From positions 1 through 64,000 of the forward strand of contig OZ246423.1 of the NCBI GenBank assembly GCA_965231215.1: a DNA stretch of 64,000 nucleotides, in the 5' to 3' direction. Below are positions 48,402 through 58,497 of the stretch, one piece after another; positions within the stretch are counted from its first letter, which is position 1; each line of letters opens with the position of its first letter. The DNA comes from Candidatus Altimarinota bacterium (GTDB lineage Bacteria > Patescibacteriota > Gracilibacteria > UBA4473). The position numbers and the translations under genes are program-made. Below the pieces are notes generated by a model. The model saw nothing but the letters and a program-made list of their open reading frames with translations. It made no database searches and was not told the origin of the DNA.

Positions 48402-49763
48402 GTGAAAAAATATTTTATCGTGGTTTTGGTACTTCTTTTTTCTGGGAGCATACTACAGGCTCAGGAAGATGTTTTACGATCCAGAGAAAGTGTGGAAGTC
48501 AAAAACGGAAAAATAGTTAGAACCGGGGTTTTGGCCGATAACGATGGAGTGCTATTTGTGGAGTTTATTGCAGGAGATTTTGTGGTTAAAAGAGCCGACA
48601 CAGAGCGATGTCTTAAACTTACTCGCAAAGATTTTCAACGCAGAAGCTGTATCAACACCCTCGCTCTAGAAGAGTATGAAGGTGAAGTTCTTGCTCCTGT
48701 CATATTAGACAAACCAGACAAGGCCCCTCGAGCTAGAATGCGAGAAATCATTACCTTTGAAATGATCGTAGACACTAATGATGAAGTCTTCTTTGTCGAT
48801 AGGTACACCATCATGCATCCATCAGAAAGACTCCGACAAGGAATCCGATTTGGTGACCTAGAACCGGGCAATAGCGGCGCTCAAGTCCTAATGCGAATCT
48901 TTAACGAGGATGAAATTGGCCAGCCTTCACTTTGGTTTTATAACACCGATGAAAACCGATGGCGAGAAATCGGAGGCATCCTCACCGATAGTGCTGAACC
49001 AGATGTAAAGATTTTTTCAGCCATTATTGCCCGAACCGGTCTCTACACCATTTGGGACGCCAATCCTCCGCCGACCTTTTCCCCAAACTTCCCGATTGAT
49101 GAGATTGAGCTAGCCGAGGAATCGCCTTTCCCAAGTGTAGAAATACCAACTCAAGAAGGGAACTTTATTGAGGAAGACATAGATGGGAGTACTATCCCAG
49201 GAGTAGACGAATTCAAAAGCAGTGCTAACACGCCTCCCGAAACCGAAACCGAAGAACTTGGAACTTTTGGAGAACGAACCAATAACCATTTAGAGCTCCC
49301 AGATTTTGTAAAAGAAAACTTCTTAAACCCAGACGGAACCCCTGTGGGAAGTGAACAAGAAATTGTCGTACCATCACTTGATGGCGGCGCTTCTACCACC
49401 CCAGAAACTGGAACCGATCAACCCGTCAACCCAAACCAAATAACCCCAAACACCTTCACTCCCCCAAATACCGAAGAAACTGGTAACAATCCTAATATTC
49501 CAGTTATTACCACTGAAAATACACCACAAAATACAGGGGAATCCAATACTAATGCTCTTCCCTCTGGGAATTTAATTGAATCACAAATCTCAGACAGCCT
49601 CCAAAGTGCGGCTCCGCTACTCCAGGCAAACTCTTTTTCTAACTTTGGAGAAACCCTTCCTGTAACTGGCCGCAAAGAAGACTTCAAATTTCCGTGGCTA
49701 ATTGTAGTGGTTTTAGCCCTTATTGGAGGGAGTTTAATGATTGCTTTCCAAAAGAAATATTAG
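48402..49763 (+). CDS. Secreted surface protein with P/T/N/E-rich stalk and LPxTG sorting signal
   Basis: GTG 48402 gives signal peptide MKKYFIVVLVLLFSGSILQA; C-terminal LPVTG + TM + KK. Confidence 0.72.
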   Translation: MKKYFIVVLVLLFSGSILQAQEDVLRSRESVEVKNGKIVRTGVLADNDGVLFVEFIAGDFVVKRADTERCLKLTRKDFQRRSCINTLALEEYEGEVLAPVILDKPDKAPRARMREIITFEMIVDTNDEVFFVDRYTIMHPSERLRQGIRFGDLEPGNSGAQVLMRIFNEDEIGQPSLWFYNTDENRWREIGGILTDSAEPDVKIFSAIIARTGLYTIWDANPPPTFSPNFPIDEIELAEESPFPSVEIPTQEGNFIEEDIDGSTIPGVDEFKSSANTPPETETEELGTFGERTNNHLELPDFVKENFLNPDGTPVGSEQEIVVPSLDGGASTTPETGTDQPVNPNQITPNTFTPPNTEETGNNPNIPVITTENTPQNTGESNTNALPSGNLIESQISDSLQSAAPLLQANSFSNFGETLPVTGRKEDFKFPWLIVVVLALIGGSLMIAFQKKY

Positions 49764-49766
49764 TGT

Positions 49767-49881
49767 TTGTCATTGCAGGCGAACTCAATCCCTATTTCAA
49801 TAGGAAGCGTGGCAATCTAATTCCAATTTCCAAAAAGGGCTTTGTGATTAAACAAAAAGTGACTTCTGCCTCGCATTGACA
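49767..49881. repeat. Second, empty copy of the GTCATTGC/GCAATCT repeat
   Basis: TTGTCATTGC...AGCGTGGCAATCT (13-bp match to the reverse complement of 31226-31238) and degenerate arm TCGCATTGACA. Confidence 0.55.
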
Positions 49882-49904
49882 TAGAATTTTTAACATAAAA
49901 AGTA

Positions 49905-49933
49905 TTGACTGACATCTTAATAAAATGTATAAT
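49905..49933 (+). promoter_or_regulatory. Sigma70-type promoter
   Basis: TTGACT-17-TATAAT upstream of ATG 49961. Confidence 0.7.
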
Positions 49934-49960
49934 AAATACTATTTAAAATTTTTGTCAAAA

Positions 49961-50947
49961 ATGTCGAGAACAAATACTGAAATACTAGATCAAGCAGAAG
50001 TAAAAAAACTGGCTCGGTACCTCAATGAAAAACCTAAAATGGTGATCCTCCCACATGCTAATCCTGATGGAGACGCCCTAGGGGCCGCACTAGGACTCTA
50101 TGCGGGGCTCAAACAAGCTGGATACGACGTGGATGTTGCGTGCCTAGATGGATGCCCAGAACCCTTTCAGTTTCTGACCCATGCTGAGGAAGTCCAAACT
50201 GATTTTGAGGAAGAGGCCTATGATGCTGTTATCTTTGTAGATTGTGGGAATAAAAAAATGACTAAATTTCATGAGTCAAAACCACGAATCCATTCTAATG
50301 ATATGGTAAAGATTAATATTGATCATCACCCATCAAACGATGCCTTTGGTGAAATTAATTTTGTCATTACCAATGTGGCTTCATCAACTATGATTATTTA
50401 CAAAATACTAGAAGCTCTGGAACATAAAATTACCCCCAATGTAGCCACCGCCCTCATTACCGGGATCTACACAGATACCGGAGGGTTTATGCATCAAAAC
50501 ACCACTCCCCTTACCTACAAGTTTGCCAGTGAGCTGATTCGGTTAGGAGCCAACCCTCAAGCTATTGCTCAGAATATCTTTCACAAATATGAGTTCCGAA
50601 CCCTAAAACTCTGGGGAAAAGTACTCCAGAATCTACACGTCACCAAAGAAGGAGCGGCTATTGTAGGCGTAGAAAAGAAAGACTACGAAGCTCTAGGATG
50701 TGATAGGTCAGACCTAGCTGGAGTTATAGACTTTATTAATTCCATGCCCGAAGCGCAATACTCGGTGATGCTTTCTGAAGACGACAAAGGCAATGTAAAA
50801 GCTTCACTCCGAACTCGTAAAGATGATGTAGACGTAAAAGCTCTCGCTGAACAGTTTGGCGGAGGAGGTCATATTAAAGCTTCTGGATTTACCATCCCAG
50901 GTGGACGACTAGAAAAAGAAGTAAAATGGAAAATAGTCCAAGACTAA
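49961..50947 (+). CDS. nrnA: DHH family phosphoesterase (NrnA-like oligoribonuclease/PAP phosphatase)
   Basis: HANPDGDALG, VDC, IDHH, TDTG, SLR, GGGGH; start placed at 49961 by promoter position. Confidence 0.88.
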   Translation: MSRTNTEILDQAEVKKLARYLNEKPKMVILPHANPDGDALGAALGLYAGLKQAGYDVDVACLDGCPEPFQFLTHAEEVQTDFEEEAYDAVIFVDCGNKKMTKFHESKPRIHSNDMVKINIDHHPSNDAFGEINFVITNVASSTMIIYKILEALEHKITPNVATALITGIYTDTGGFMHQNTTPLTYKFASELIRLGANPQAIAQNIFHKYEFRTLKLWGKVLQNLHVTKEGAAIVGVEKKDYEALGCDRSDLAGVIDFINSMPEAQYSVMLSEDDKGNVKASLRTRKDDVDVKALAEQFGGGGHIKASGFTIPGGRLEKEVKWKIVQD

Positions 50948-50948
50948 G

Positions 50949-51296
50949 ATGGAACCCAAAATCACTAAAGCTTCTCTCCTCAAAACGATTCAAGTCATCT
51001 TAAATCAGAGTGATTTTTTGCCCCAGAAAGAAATCTTTGAAAAAGCTAAAAAATGCAATAAAGCAACCCTCCAGAACCTCACTATCATTCTCTATCGAGC
51101 ACTTCAACAAGAGCGAAATATGGAGGATAAAGATAAAATCGATATGGCCAAAGCCATCATTAAATTTTTTGGAGAAAAAAAACGTATTTTTCAAAAAGCC
51201 CAAAAAGAATGGATTTCAATTCAAGAACAAAAAACAGAAGCATCAGAAAGTTTAGCCGAGGCCAAACTCCTTAATGAAATTAATCAGCAAGACTAA
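50949..51296 (+). CDS. Hypothetical protein
   Basis: 115 aa, 1 nt after the DHH stop, TAATG coupling to next gene. Confidence 0.7.
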   Translation: MEPKITKASLLKTIQVILNQSDFLPQKEIFEKAKKCNKATLQNLTIILYRALQQERNMEDKDKIDMAKAIIKFFGEKKRIFQKAQKEWISIQEQKTEASESLAEAKLLNEINQQD

Positions 51297-51856
51297 TGCA
51301 TAAACATCCTTACGGTACCGCTGATTATTACACTCATAAATTAGAAAATCCCAACACTCCAAAAGGCGAAGTTTTGAGCATCATTGGACGCATGGAACGA
51401 ACCGCCAAAGCCAAAGGAAGAGTAGCATTAAAAAAAGTTTTTGATGCCACCCCAGGCGTAAAAATAGAAGGCAACAAGGAAGCTAAAGCGTTTTTGGAAG
51501 AATGGGACAGCGCCATAGATGAGGCCGCACAAAAAGCGATTGAAGCCTATGTAAATGGCCGAAACCCAAAGGTATATGGTCAACAGAAAACGACCCTTAA
51601 TCGCAAGGTTCCAACCTCAATCGCACTCTTTGGGCTCTGCGCTACCACTGATAAAGTATTTAGTATGGCCTTAGATGTCAGTACCGCCAAACTCAGTAAA
51701 CCAGGAACCTGGGTCAAAAGTCTAGCTGATAATACTGGACGTGATATTGATGACCCTACGGCTAGAGACGTAGCTATAAAAGAAATTATGCACTGGGCAG
51801 CCCAAAATGATAGAACCAGTAAAGGGTTTGATCCACGAGTACAGATGAATGCCTAA
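51296..51856 (+). CDS. Hypothetical protein
   Basis: 186 aa, translationally coupled, no motif recognised. Confidence 0.7.
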   Translation: MHKHPYGTADYYTHKLENPNTPKGEVLSIIGRMERTAKAKGRVALKKVFDATPGVKIEGNKEAKAFLEEWDSAIDEAAQKAIEAYVNGRNPKVYGQQKTTLNRKVPTSIALFGLCATTDKVFSMALDVSTAKLSKPGTWVKSLADNTGRDIDDPTARDVAIKEIMHWAAQNDRTSKGFDPRVQMNA

Positions 51857-52659
51857 GCCGTCGTTCTTGTCTTATTAGAACACGATTCTATCATACTTTT
51901 TACACCATCTACAATGACCTCAGGTGGTACAAAAACTTTGCTTCCTAATGGATTAGCAGACTCTTTTCCCTCTAACTTTTTCCGAGAATCAAATCCATCA
52001 CTAACCATGATAATCTCAGCATCAGTAAACTTCGCCTTTCTCATACACCGATAATCAGAAATTTCATCCCCTAAAGCCACTATTTGTTGTACTCGCCTTA
52101 ATACCTTCGCTCTAATTATTTTGAATTTTTCAGTCTTCTTTTCCCTAGGCTCTACCGTTTCAATTTTTATCTTCTTCATTTCACAAGAGGTAAGATCACT
52201 TCGCAAAAGCACCTTTCTAATAGTGGATTTGGGATTTGGCAAAGCACTTCGACTCAAGATAATGATTTCATGGTTTTCGGCTAAAAGTGATTTCCAAAAC
52301 TCAGCTAACTCCGGTTTAAGTTTCCCTTCACTAAGGTACACCTCCTCAACAGCACGGCGTAAGTTTTCTCTCTGATCAACAATTTTTTTTACGTGTCGAG
52401 CAAAAGCTAAAGGCCTTCTACTTTTTTTCTTATTTCTAAACCCCAAGTATTTAAATAACTTCCAAGCTGTACAAAATCTTTCTTTATCTCCAATTTCTAT
52501 TCCAAGAGCCTTGTACCCTTTTGCAATAAGCGGAAAGCTATCAACTGAAGTTCCATCAAAGTCAAAAATGAAAGCTGTTGGGGTCACTTCTAGGGGTTCT
52601 TGCGCAGAAAGATTGGGCACCTCTTTATTGCTTCCAGGATCTTCATTCAAATCGTTCAT
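51853..52659 (-). CDS. HAD-superfamily hydrolase
   Basis: FDFDGTSVDS motif I, ILSR motif II, LGDEISD motif IV. Confidence 0.82.
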   Translation of the reverse strand: MNDLNEDPGSNKEVPNLSAQEPLEVTPTAFIFDFDGTSVDSFPLIAKGYKALGIEIGDKERFCTAWKLFKYLGFRNKKKSRRPLAFARHVKKIVDQRENLRRAVEEVYLSEGKLKPELAEFWKSLLAENHEIIILSRSALPNPKSTIRKVLLRSDLTSCEMKKIKIETVEPREKKTEKFKIIRAKVLRRVQQIVALGDEISDYRCMRKAKFTDAEIIMVSDGFDSRKKLEGKESANPLGSKVFVPPEVIVDGVKSMIESCSNKTRTTA

Positions 52660-52800
52660 ATAATTGTAATAACAAGCTCCTCACTTGAAAGGAAATTTTA
52701 TAGTTTTTTACAACAAAAATAAGTAAAATTTGTTATATTTTCATCGCTTTACAAAAACCTCTGAATCTCCATACTAGTAGAGATTTTTTTTATCAATTTT

Positions 52801-53412
52801 ATGCAAAACCTCATTACCGATATCTTAAAAAAACAACTCACCGAAAAATTTTACCAGCAAGCTAGTTCTAGCCTAAAAACTGATAACAAAGGGGCTAAAA
52901 GTTTAGTAGATTCAGCCCTTCCAGTGCTTCTAAAAGGAATAGCCAAAAACAATAGTAAAAAAGGTGGCGCCGAAGCTCTACTTGCAGCTGTAAGTAAAAA
53001 ACACGACGGAGGTATCTTTGATCACCTAGAAACCCTCACTAAAAATCCAGAAAAAGGAGAAGGAAAAGGCATCTTAAAACATGTTTTAGGCACTACAGAA
53101 AAAGAGGTAGAACAAGTTTTGGCCGAAAGCACCGGCACCTCTAAAACCGATAGTAAAAAAATTATGATGATGCTGGCTCCAATGGTGATGGGCGCTATCG
53201 GAAAAGCCCAAAAATCAGGCAAACTAGATGCTAAAAAAATTACAACTCTGATTCAAGATCTCAGCCAAGACCAAAAAATGGGCAATCTGTCTACCAATAA
53301 TTTAGCTCTTAAATTTTTGGATAAAGACCGTGATGGAGATTACAAAGATGATCTAATGCAGATGTTTATTGCCTGGATCATTAAGCTCTTCACTGGAGGC
53401 AGCAAAAGGTAA
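52801..53412 (+). CDS. DUF937 family protein
   Basis: ALPVLL, GAEALLAA..KHDG, G.GILKHVLG, LAPMVMG, LDKDRDG. Confidence 0.85.
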   Translation: MQNLITDILKKQLTEKFYQQASSSLKTDNKGAKSLVDSALPVLLKGIAKNNSKKGGAEALLAAVSKKHDGGIFDHLETLTKNPEKGEGKGILKHVLGTTEKEVEQVLAESTGTSKTDSKKIMMMLAPMVMGAIGKAQKSGKLDAKKITTLIQDLSQDQKMGNLSTNNLALKFLDKDRDGDYKDDLMQMFIAWIIKLFTGGSKR

Positions 53413-53583
53413 AACTAATACCCAATATCAAGAGGCTTTGTGCCATCTCTCGCCGTGATAAGGCCTGCATTACACAACACAAACTTGTACAAGTAGCACA
53501 CTCAGTCTGACCGGTAAAGAGCGTTTCTTTAGGTTTTATAAAGCAATTAAATAACCTTTTCTATTATTAGAAAATCAACTTAT

Positions 53584-54240
53584 CTATTGAGGGATCAACA
53601 TCACACTTCCACTAATCCGCTGATCAAAAGATTGACCCGTATTAGTATCAAAAAAAGTGGGGCCTTGACCCAAGTTCCATGTAATTAATTTACCAGCAGA
53701 TTTATCATAAATAGATCGCCATTCATAGTTAATCCAACAGGAGCCAGGCTCGTCCCCTTTCCAGGCTGGTTGGCCCACTTTAAGTGTGTAAATTTCTTTA
53801 TTTTTTTTAATCGGATCTAACCCCTCAAGCCAGCAATCTTCACCAAATTTTTGGTCAATGACCTCTTCGAGTTGTGCCATGTCTATATTTTCCTGAACGA
53901 CGAAATGAAAGGTTTTGTCCCTAACTATTTCAAAAATATTTACATCATCTTTAATCCTTAAATACGGTTCCATATTAGTTTCTGGCCAGTGTAGAACAAC
54001 CAGTGGACCAAAATCACTCACTCGTAATTCTCCCCCCATTACGGTTTTAGGAAACTCAAAAGCGATCCCTAAACGATTATTAACATAGGCACTCCAGATT
54101 TCATCTTGAGGTTCAGTATTAGAGGCTTGACGCTCTGTTTGTCTTTCAGATTCATCTCCCTCTTTTTCAATATCAATGCCTGAATTCACACTCCCACAAC
54201 CAACCAAAACAAAGATCAGAAGCAGTAATAATTTTTGCAT
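53584..54240 (-). CDS. Putative lipoprotein
   Basis: Lipobox LVGC; WSAYVNNRLGIAFEFPK motif (PsbP-like start). Confidence 0.7.
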   Translation of the reverse strand: MQKLLLLLIFVLVGCGSVNSGIDIEKEGDESERQTERQASNTEPQDEIWSAYVNNRLGIAFEFPKTVMGGELRVSDFGPLVVLHWPETNMEPYLRIKDDVNIFEIVRDKTFHFVVQENIDMAQLEEVIDQKFGEDCWLEGLDPIKKNKEIYTLKVGQPAWKGDEPGSCWINYEWRSIYDKSAGKLITWNLGQGPTFFDTNTGQSFDQRISGSVMLIPQ

Positions 54241-54252
54241 CCAAAAATATAT

Positions 54253-55470
54253 CTATTGAGTCAGTTTCCCAATATCCAACAGCGGTATCCCGCTATCTGG
54301 TAGCACACCCCATTTAATTTGCGGAGACATTTTCTCTACAAATTGAAGCTGAATTACCTCTGGACTATCGGCTAAAGCCTCTCCTTTTAGGCGAATAGAC
54401 TCAGCTTCAGCTTCGGCTTCAATAATGGTTTTTTCTTTTCGGATTTCAGCTTCTTGTTTTTCAAACTCAGCTTTTTCAATTTTTTGCTGAGCGATTTGTT
54501 TTTCCTCAATCGCACTCAGATAGGACTGACTAAACCCAATATGTCGAATCAAAACATCCCCCAAAACAATATTTTTATTGCCAAAGTTTTGCTCTAATGT
54601 CGTTTCAATTTCTTGTTCCATTTTTTGTCGAGTGGCTTCGTTATACAATTCTTTAGAGGTAAATCCTGTTACTTTTTCACGGGTAATAGATCGCGCCGCA
54701 GGTCGTACAACTTTGTCTACATATCCAAGACCAATGGATTTATAAATCACACTCGCACTATCACCATCTATTTGAAATTGCACGGTAAGATCAACCGTCA
54801 CTCTTTGACCATCTTTTGTCAGAGCATCAATAGAATTGTTTCGACCTCCCTGTTGTATAGCGTACTGACGAATGGCCGATTCACTACTATTAACCAAGCT
54901 TTGAAGCTGGAGCGTTTTAGTGTTATTTACCATGTCGGCTTCACTCAAATGAGTAGACATCGTGTAAGTTTGCAGACGTGTATTCATCATAATCACACTC
55001 TGCCAAAAAGGAATTTTTAGGTGAATCCCTTCATCTAGTTCTTGTTCTATCACCCCTCTTCCCCTATCAAATAGAACCCCTACATGTCCAGCTGGAACAT
55101 TTACAAAACCATCCATAATAACCAGTATTATAGCGGTAACTAAAACAAATATTGGAAGTAGTTTAGTGGTGAAAAAGTGTTTCATAGGGATAGGGGGTAA
55201 AGAAAAATTTTGAGGTTTTTGTTTAGCTCCAAAGACTGAAGCTTTCTTCTTTTCAACATTAATAACATTGGAACTAGTGTCAAACAAGGCGTTAAAGAGC
55301 CCTTCTAGATCTTCATTTCTAAAGGCTTTCAAAACCCCCTGCAAATATTTTGGATTTTTAAATAGATAAAACCCAAATCCCAATACCACAAAAATAAAAA
55401 AGTTTTGAGTAAAAGCCATCACAAGAATGACAAGCAGAATAACAGGTGCCCAGAACTGTATTTTTTTCAT
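54253..55470 (-). CDS. SPFH/prohibitin family membrane protein
   Basis: VPAGHVGV, EGIHLKIP, TKDGQ.V.VD, AIEEKQIAQQ, AEAEAE. Confidence 0.92.
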   Translation of the reverse strand: MKKIQFWAPVILLVILVMAFTQNFFIFVVLGFGFYLFKNPKYLQGVLKAFRNEDLEGLFNALFDTSSNVINVEKKKASVFGAKQKPQNFSLPPIPMKHFFTTKLLPIFVLVTAIILVIMDGFVNVPAGHVGVLFDRGRGVIEQELDEGIHLKIPFWQSVIMMNTRLQTYTMSTHLSEADMVNNTKTLQLQSLVNSSESAIRQYAIQQGGRNNSIDALTKDGQRVTVDLTVQFQIDGDSASVIYKSIGLGYVDKVVRPAARSITREKVTGFTSKELYNEATRQKMEQEIETTLEQNFGNKNIVLGDVLIRHIGFSQSYLSAIEEKQIAQQKIEKAEFEKQEAEIRKEKTIIEAEAEAESIRLKGEALADSPEVIQLQFVEKMSPQIKWGVLPDSGIPLLDIGKLTQ

Positions 55471-55572
55471 GTCTTAAAAAATAGGGAAAATAAATTTTTT
55501 GTCACACCAACTTTACAGCCGCATTCTAAAAACTTTCAAGAAAAATTAAAAGAAACCATTCAATTTTAAAAA

Positions 55573-58110
55573 TTACTGAAACTCCAATCCTCCTTTACCC
55601 GCTTTAACTTCAATCTTTTTAGCCGACAATGTGGCCTCTAACAATTTTAGAGCGAGTGGGTTCAGTAGTTCTCTTTCAATCGCACGTTTGAGTGGACGAG
55701 CGCCAAAGGCTGGATCAAAGCCCTCTGTAACCAAGTATTCCTTAGCTGATTTATCAAAGGTGATTGTTATATCTTGATTTTCTTTGAGACGAGCCATGAC
55801 TTGATTGAGCTGAAGTTCTAAAATTTCTTGAATGTGTTTTTTACCCAACGCATGAAACCCAATTATTTCATCTAACCGGTTCAAAAACTCTGGACGAAAA
55901 AATGAAGTAAGCTCCTCGCGCATTTTTTTCTCCGGGGGCAAAGCTTCACCGGTGAACATTTCGGCCAAAAGGTTTGAGGTAAAAATAATGATTGTATTTT
56001 TGAAGTTTACTTTTCGCCCTTTGCTATCGGTTACATGACCATCATCCAAAATTTGTAAGAAAATATTAAAGACATCTCTATGAGCCTTTTCTATTTCATC
56101 AAAAAGCAAAACTGAATACGGACGACGACGAACTTTGTCTGTGAGTTGCCCTCCTTCATCATGTCCAATATATCCTGGAGGCGCTCCAATGAGTTTAGCC
56201 ACGGAGTGAGATTCCATGTACTCAGACATATCAAACCGTAGCATAGCCTCTTCTGAATCAAATAAAATTTCGGATACACTTTTAGCCATCTCCGTCTTGC
56301 CTACGCCGGTCGGCCCCAAAAACAGGAACGAACCAATAGGTCTGTTTTCTGCCGCTAATCCGGCTCTATTTCTACGGATAGCATTAGATACAGCACTAAT
56401 GGCTTTTTCTTGTCCTATCAATCTTTGTCCTAAACTTTGCTCTAGATGTCCCAAGCGTTCTGATTCTTTTTCCGTTAGTTTAGTCGCAGGAATACCGGTC
56501 CACTTGGCAATAATTTCAGCAATGTCATTCTCGGTGATTTCTTCACGAAGGAGTTTATGTTCGCCTTTAGAGTGAAGAGATTCTAAAGCCGTTTCAAGGT
56601 TTGGGATTTCACCATGACGCAGCTCTGCAGCTCGGGCAAAATTAGCATTTTTCTCAGCCGTTTCAGCTTCAAATTTAAGGACATCTAGACGCTCTTTGAT
56701 CTCAGAAATTTTATCAACAGATTCTTTTTCTAATCGCCATTCAGCCTCAAATTTTTTAAGGTCTTCTTTAAGATCAGCAATCTGTTTCTCTACTTCATTG
56801 AGTCGTTCCGGTTTAGTATTTTCTTTTTTGAGGGCGGCCTTTTCAATCTCTAAAGTAAGCACTTGTTTTTTGAGATCGGCAATTGATTCTGGCTCTGATT
56901 CTATTTCCAGTTTCAGTTTACTCATAGACTCATCAATCAGATCAATCGCTTTATCTGGCAACTTTCTATCTGGGAGATACCGCATCGATAAATTCACCGC
57001 CGCGATTAAAGCATCATCGGTAATGCGTACTCCATGATGAAGCTCATATTTTTCACGAATTCCGCGTAAGATGGCTAGGGCTTCTTCAAAGTTGGGTTCT
57101 TCTACTGGAACCGGTTGAAACCTCCGTTCAAGCGCCGCGTCTTTTTCAATATATTTTCGGTATTCATTTAGAGTTGTAGCTCCAACGCAGTGTAAAGCGC
57201 CTCGAGCAAGGGCTGGTTTCAAGATATTACCAGCATCCATAGCTCCTTCAGCGCTTCCGGCTCCAACGATAGTATGGAGTTCATCTATAAAAAGAATAAT
57301 TTTTCCTTCGGCTTTTTCGATCGCTTTGAGAACATTCTTTAATCGATCTTCAAACTCCCCTCGATACTTGGCTCCGGCTACCATTGACGCTAAGTCTAAG
57401 GAAAGCACTCTTTTCTTTTTGAGTGATTCTGGTACTTCTCCCTGAAAAATTTTCACAGCTAAGCCTTCAGCAATAGCGGTTTTACCGACTCCAGGATCTC
57501 CGACCAGGCACGGGTTATTTTTGGTTCGACGAGATAAAATCTGAATCGTTCGACGGATTTCTTCGTCCCGTCCAATAATAGGATCAATTTTTCCTTTCTC
57601 GGCTAAGGCGGTGTAATCAATACAGTATTTTTCAAGCGCTTTGAGTTTTTCATGGCCGTCCGAAGAATCTATTTTTTCTCCCTGACGAAGATCTTCAATA
57701 GTTTTCTTCAAATCTTTTTGATTTATACCGGCCGCTTGTAACACAGCCTTAGCGGTAGAATTCACATCAAATACTGCCAGCAAAATATGATCAATTGCTA
57801 AGTATTCATCTTTAAATTTAGTCTGCCATCTTTCGGCCCCTCTTATAGTTTGGCTAAAATCAGATGAAGGCTGACGAACGCCCCCTTCTACTTTGGCTAA
57901 ATTTTGAACTTTTTGAGCAATTTCTGATTTGATGTTATTTGAATCAACTCCAAGTTTGGCCAGGATTTGATGTACAAACGAATTTTCATCACTCAACACA
58001 GCCAGTAACCAGTGCTCTACTTCAATATTAGCAGCCCCAAAATCGTCTGCTAGTTTTTGAGTATTAACGATACTTTCTGCGGCAGCCGTAGTCCATTTAT
58101 CAAAGTTCAT
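55573..58110 (-). CDS. clpB: ClpB disaggregase
   Basis: Two AAA+ modules ([16 protein letters not shown]), long M-domain coiled coil, GARPLKR. Confidence 0.96.
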   Translation of the reverse strand: MNFDKWTTAAAESIVNTQKLADDFGAANIEVEHWLLAVLSDENSFVHQILAKLGVDSNNIKSEIAQKVQNLAKVEGGVRQPSSDFSQTIRGAERWQTKFKDEYLAIDHILLAVFDVNSTAKAVLQAAGINQKDLKKTIEDLRQGEKIDSSDGHEKLKALEKYCIDYTALAEKGKIDPIIGRDEEIRRTIQILSRRTKNNPCLVGDPGVGKTAIAEGLAVKIFQGEVPESLKKKRVLSLDLASMVAGAKYRGEFEDRLKNVLKAIEKAEGKIILFIDELHTIVGAGSAEGAMDAGNILKPALARGALHCVGATTLNEYRKYIEKDAALERRFQPVPVEEPNFEEALAILRGIREKYELHHGVRITDDALIAAVNLSMRYLPDRKLPDKAIDLIDESMSKLKLEIESEPESIADLKKQVLTLEIEKAALKKENTKPERLNEVEKQIADLKEDLKKFEAEWRLEKESVDKISEIKERLDVLKFEAETAEKNANFARAAELRHGEIPNLETALESLHSKGEHKLLREEITENDIAEIIAKWTGIPATKLTEKESERLGHLEQSLGQRLIGQEKAISAVSNAIRRNRAGLAAENRPIGSFLFLGPTGVGKTEMAKSVSEILFDSEEAMLRFDMSEYMESHSVAKLIGAPPGYIGHDEGGQLTDKVRRRPYSVLLFDEIEKAHRDVFNIFLQILDDGHVTDSKGRKVNFKNTIIIFTSNLLAEMFTGEALPPEKKMREELTSFFRPEFLNRLDEIIGFHALGKKHIQEILELQLNQVMARLKENQDITITFDKSAKEYLVTEGFDPAFGARPLKRAIERELLNPLALKLLEATLSAKKIEVKAGKGGLEFQ

Positions 58111-58121
58111 CTTAAAGAAAT

Positions 58122-58373
58122 TTATTTATATTGAGCTAAAAAAACATTTCCCTCCTTAGTGAATGGTCTATCTCTTAATGCATTTTCTTTTAAGTGACGG
58201 ATTTCAGAAGCCCTCTTTTTTGGATTATTAACAAACAAAAGCTTAATATTATTTTTCGAAAAAGGATTCTCGACTTCCATATGACCAAAGTTAAAAATGA
58301 AACCCCAAAAAGTCTGCCTAATCTCAAAACTTTCGACGAAATCTGCATGCACAACTGGCTTAGTAAATACCAT
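58122..58373 (-). CDS. Small bacterial PH-domain-like protein
   Basis: [21 protein letters not shown]...FVNNP pattern (bPH_2-like); lies between the heat-shock promoter and clpB. Confidence 0.6.
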   Translation of the reverse strand: MVFTKPVVHADFVESFEIRQTFWGFIFNFGHMEVENPFSKNNIKLLFVNNPKKRASEIRHLKENALRDRPFTKEGNVFLAQYK

Positions 58374-58388
58374 GTTAATTTTTCATTT

Positions 58389-58415
58389 TTAGCAGTCTTA
58401 TTATATGAGTGCTAA
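58389..58415. promoter_or_regulatory. CIRCE (HrcA operator)
   Basis: TTAGCAGTC-N9-GAGTGCTAA, one mismatch to the TTAGCACTC-N9-GAGTGCTAA consensus. Confidence 0.9.
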
Positions 58416-58428
58416 ATTATTTTGTCAA
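58400..58428 (-). promoter_or_regulatory. Consensus sigma70 promoter of the clpB operon
   Basis: TTGACA-17-TATAAT on minus strand, -10 inside CIRCE. Confidence 0.88.
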
Positions 58429-58497
58429 AATTAGTCATTCATAAATTTTTAATTTTGAGTCTACATAGATAGAATGTTAATAGAATAAAAAACAAAC

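Noticed and set aside
53420-53530. Hairpin and 12-bp palindrome ACTTGTACAAGT between convergent genes
   Set aside because: Adequately explained as terminator-like or chance; no recognisable RNA family or convincing ORF.
56216-57037. Plus-strand ORFs of 119 and 113 aa
   Set aside because: Antisense shadows of clpB.
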